This document shows positions 37,221 through 38,572 of a DNA stretch of 38,572 bases, piece by piece. The stretch spans positions 1-38,572 of the forward strand of contig JBFGLM010000043.1 in the NCBI GenBank assembly GCA_041576165.1, written 5' to 3'. The position numbers and the translations under genes are program-made. Numbering within the stretch: position 1 is the first letter of the stretch; the number at the start of each line of letters is the position of its first letter. This stretch comes from Acidimicrobiia bacterium (lineage in GTDB: Bacteria > Actinomycetota > Acidimicrobiia > Spongiisociales > Spongiisociaceae). The notes beneath the pieces are model-generated. The model saw only the letters and a program-made list of their open reading frames with translations, searched no databases and was not told the origin of the DNA.

Positions 37221-37712
37221 GACAACTTCCTCCTTTCTCCCTGTGCGTCTGTCCCCACATGACCATCTCAACCCGCCGCCGTCTCCCACAAGGGACGGAA
37301 GTCGGTTCTCGCCCCGAGGGTGAGACCGGCCGCCGTGGATTGGATACGAGACGTCCCCGACGAACAGGCCTCGAGTGCGTCTTCGCTCCTCGGCACGTCG
37401 GCCGGCCGCGCTAGCGGTTGGTGGTCGAGGGGATGGCACTGCCGGGTGACCAGGTCGCGATCGCCTTCTAGTCACCGCTCGACCTGAGAGCCCGAGCCCG
37501 GCGACTACCCGGGACCCGGGCTATGACGTCAGCGCGTCGAAGCAGCGGGGCGCACGTAACCGAGAGGGGGATCGGTTGGTATGGGCTTACACTTCCGGCG
37601 CATTGGAGCGAGCACACAGTTCCGGCCCGGTGTCCCGGCGGGCCGTGATCTGTACCTTTGCCTCTGGCAAGCCGATGGCGAGCCGTCGTAGATGACGATG
37701 CAAGGAGAACCG

Positions 37713-38167
37713 ATGTTCGACAAGCTGCTCGTAGCCGTCGACGGGTCGAGCCACAGCGATCGGGCCGTCGACCTCGCCGGAGATATGGCCGGTCACTATG
37801 GAAGCGAAGTGATTCTCCTGCATGCGGCTACAGCCCGACCGGCGCCAGCTTGAGGGGAGTGGACGATTACGAGCGCGTTGAGCATTTCAAGATCACAGAA
37901 CGCGACGTGCTAGCCGCCCAGGCGCATTGGATCACCGACGAGGCGGAGAAGAGATTGCGGGGAGCCGGCGCAAAGAGTGTCGAGAAGGTCATCGTCTTCG
38001 GACACCCGGCGGCCGAGATCATCCGCTACGCCAAGGACCATCTGTCCCCGGGTGACGCAATCGTGATGGGCCGACGGGGCATGGGTGACTTCTCGGGCCT
38101 CTTGCTCGGATCCACCTCCCATCGCGTTGCGCACCTGACCGATTTCGTCGTCATCACGGCGGAGTGA
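37713..38167 (+). pseudogene. Universal stress protein (UspA family), frameshifted
   Basis: RBS AAGGAG, then MFDKLLVAVDGSSHSDRAVDLA...VILLHA, which stops at TGA 37851-37853. The C-terminal USP half (GHPAAEII...DAIVMGRRGMG...LLLGSTSHRVAH) is in another frame and ends at 38167. Confidence 0.8.
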
Positions 38168-38345
38168 CGAGGGCGGCGCCGCGTCGCACCGGTCACAGAC
38201 CCTTGCGATTCGGAAGCGAAGACTCGAGGATGCCGCTGCTCGACACAACGCGATCAGATCGCGCACACTGCCCACTGACGACCCTCATGGCGGGCCGGGA
38301 CATCGCGGGATGGCTCGAGCGTGTCAGCTCACCGGTCACCTACCG

Positions 38346-38572
38346 TCACATTCGGACCGGGAGCCGCTTAGGACCCCAGGTGCCCGGCGCAGCCTCGAAC
38401 ACACCCGCAGCTGCCTCGCCACACGCCTCGCAGCACCCGTGCTCGTCGAGGGCCCATCGACCGAGCTGGTACCAGTCTCGTTCGATCAGCCGCGCACCAC
38501 ATTGGTGGCAATAGCTGCTCTGCCCGCCGGGATCGACCACGTTGCCGGTATAGACGTACCGCAACCCGGACT
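38346..38572 (-). CDS. amrS: AmmeMemoRadiSam system radical SAM enzyme, 3' end only (runs off the window)
   Basis: GLRYVYTGNV...YCHQCGARLIERDWY...GCCEACG...GVF...PGTWGPKRLPV matches the C-terminal Zn-ribbon region of this family. The frame is open to the window edge. Confidence 0.8.
   Translation of the reverse strand, partial: SGLRYVYTGNVVDPGGQSSYCHQCGARLIERDWYQLGRWALDEHGCCEACGEAAAGVFEAAPGTWGPKRLPVRM

Overview
GC-rich bacterial window. The gene content (MazEF9-like toxin-antitoxin pair, LipJ-like cyclase/hydrolase relic, Rv2179c-like exonuclease, GlnA-like ligase, actinobacterial-style NarL regulator) suggests a high-GC Actinomycetota host, possibly Acidimicrobiia. That is inference: there is no rRNA or core marker gene here. 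The centrepiece is a tightly coupled six-gene minus-strand operon (19695->11933) for a Tat-exported type II DMSO-reductase-family molybdoenzyme of the anammox/Nitrospira periplasmic nitrite oxidoreductase (NXR) type. Gene order: unknown 9-10 TM protein, nxrA, a 103-aa unknown, nxrB, a TorD/DmsD chaperone, and an EbdC-like heme-b nxrC with an extra C-terminal membrane anchor. A 3-Cys Rrf2 regulator is transcribed divergently from it. Other content: a catabolic cluster with a signal-less orphan DctP; creatininase plus Zn-ADH; a MetE-II-like protein; a 1231-aa subtilase with Ig-like repeats and three 143-aa repeats; an MFS transporter; MazEF; cysteine synthase; an SDR/FGGY kinase/sphingosine-1-phosphate-lyase-like cluster; several broken genes; and the 3' end of an AmmeMemoRadiSam radical SAM gene. 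No rRNA, tRNA, CRISPR array or transposase was recognised. All family calls come from motif recognition and recalled reference sequences, not database searches.
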